Origin: a virus
Taxonomy: Duplodnaviria > Heunggongvirae > Uroviricota > Caudoviricetes
Strand: one strand, 5' to 3'
Length of the DNA: 64,000 nt
IMG/VR virus record: IMGVR_UViG_3300025913_000018
This document shows, piece by piece, positions 63,333 to 64,000 of this stretch (the first letter of the stretch is position 1; each line of letters starts with the position of its first letter). The notes beneath the pieces are model-generated. The model saw only the letters and a program-made list of their open reading frames with translations. It searched no databases and was not told the origin of the DNA. The position numbers and the translations under genes were made by a program.

Positions 63333-64000
63333 TCAGACTCGCGGAGGCATCGTAAACGCACGATACTTCCTCTTCCCGAAGTTCTTCTCCAGAACTTCAT
63401 CGTAGACCCGGTAGGCGTCCCACCCGTTCTTGATGCCGCCGGAGCGACACACGGTGAAGAACGCATCCACGTTCGCGGGAACGTCCGAGCGGACCTTCCC
63501 CTTTCGATCCGAGACGAGGAGCGCCGCGCACTCCCCGATGAGCTGGACGTCCAGCACCGAGGTCGCCGGAGCCTTCTTCAGTACCGAGGCAGGGTACATG
63601 TCCTTCCGCGAGGCGCTGATGGCGGTGAGCCGCTGGCCGCTCTGAACCGCGTACGACCAGCCGACGATCCGAGCCCCGTGACCCACGGGATCGACCAGGA
63701 CGTGCTCCGGAAGAACAGCTCCGTGAACGAGGTTGTGGCTGTGGATCCAGCCGAGTCCCTCGAAGGCGCGACGAATCATCCACGCCGCATCCCGCACGTC
63801 GAGCCCGTCCGGGTACGCCGTCCGAACCTCCGCGAGACTGAAGTAGCCCTCGGCTACGTCGAGAACATTCACCCTTCGGTGCTTCCCGCCCTCGATCATC
63901 GGGAAGCTGTCCAGGAGCTTCGGGAAATACTTCTGGAAGACGGGCGCCTTCGCATCGTCCTTTCCGTGGATGTTCGCGAGGAAACGCGCCTCGTTGTCGA
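63333..64000 (-). CDS. protein-kinase-like fold protein with degenerate catalytic motifs (probable pseudokinase); N-terminus beyond window end
   Basis: LGWIHSHNLVHGAVLPEHVLVD...ARIVGWSYA aligns to kinase subdomains VIb-VII (HRDLKPENILL...DFG) with HRD to HGA, N to H and DFG to GWS. The reading frame continues to base 64000. Confidence 0.45.
   Translation of the reverse strand, partial: DNEARFLANIHGKDDAKAPVFQKYFPKLLDSFPMIEGGKHRRVNVLDVAEGYFSLAEVRTAYPDGLDVRDAAWMIRRAFEGLGWIHSHNLVHGAVLPEHVLVDPVGHGARIVGWSYAVQSGQRLTAISASRKDMYPASVLKKAPATSVLDVQLIGECAALLVSDRKGKVRSDVPANVDAFFTVCRSGGIKNGWDAYRVYDEVLEKNFGKRKYRAFTMPPRV

Overview
Calls are made from the sequence and the ORF track only; no database search was run. 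This is a high-GC, gene-dense window (~150 genes). Almost every gene is on the minus strand, and stops and starts are tightly coupled by ATGA, GTGA, TTGA or TGATG overlaps. Most products are small (60-200 aa), many with zinc-ribbon or Cys-rich signatures. No capsid, tail, terminase or polymerase gene is visible.

The architecture fits an early or accessory arm of a large (possibly jumbo) bacteriophage, or a phage-derived island, in a high-GC bacterial host. Bacterial rather than archaeal or eukaryotic is supported by the Shine-Dalgarno sites and the lipobox lipoproteins.

Main observations:
- A strictly conserved 30-bp motif (mRNA sense GAGTGTAR-N11-TCGTTCGTTAC) sits immediately upstream of at least 15 minus-strand genes. 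It looks like an element-specific promoter giving leaderless or very short-leader transcripts.
- Recognisable products: a split PEP-synthase/rifampin-phosphotransferase-like phospho-His enzyme pair, an AAA/ABC-type ATPase, NUDIX hydrolase, type-I phosphoribosyltransferase, NADAR/YbiA-like protein, ADP-ribosylglycohydrolase, ASCH protein, ParB-like nuclease-domain protein, DUF1653, an NPPY-motif methyltransferase, a truncated class-II aaRS-like core, a MazG-like protein, a divergent adenylosuccinate-synthetase (PurA/PurZ-like) protein, a vWA protein next to a degenerate kinase-like protein, a calcineurin-like phosphoesterase, an SPFH/band-7 lipoprotein, a glycine-rich RRM RNA-binding protein, and Fis-like and XRE-like HTH regulators.
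- Two short plus-strand gene pairs (48.3-48.8 kb and 50.7-51.4 kb) interrupt the minus-strand run.

Candidate novel systems are the split PEP-utilising phosphotransferase pair, the ADP-ribose processing toolkit (likely anti-defence), the divergent PurA-like plus MazG-like nucleotide module, and the vWA/pseudokinase pair.
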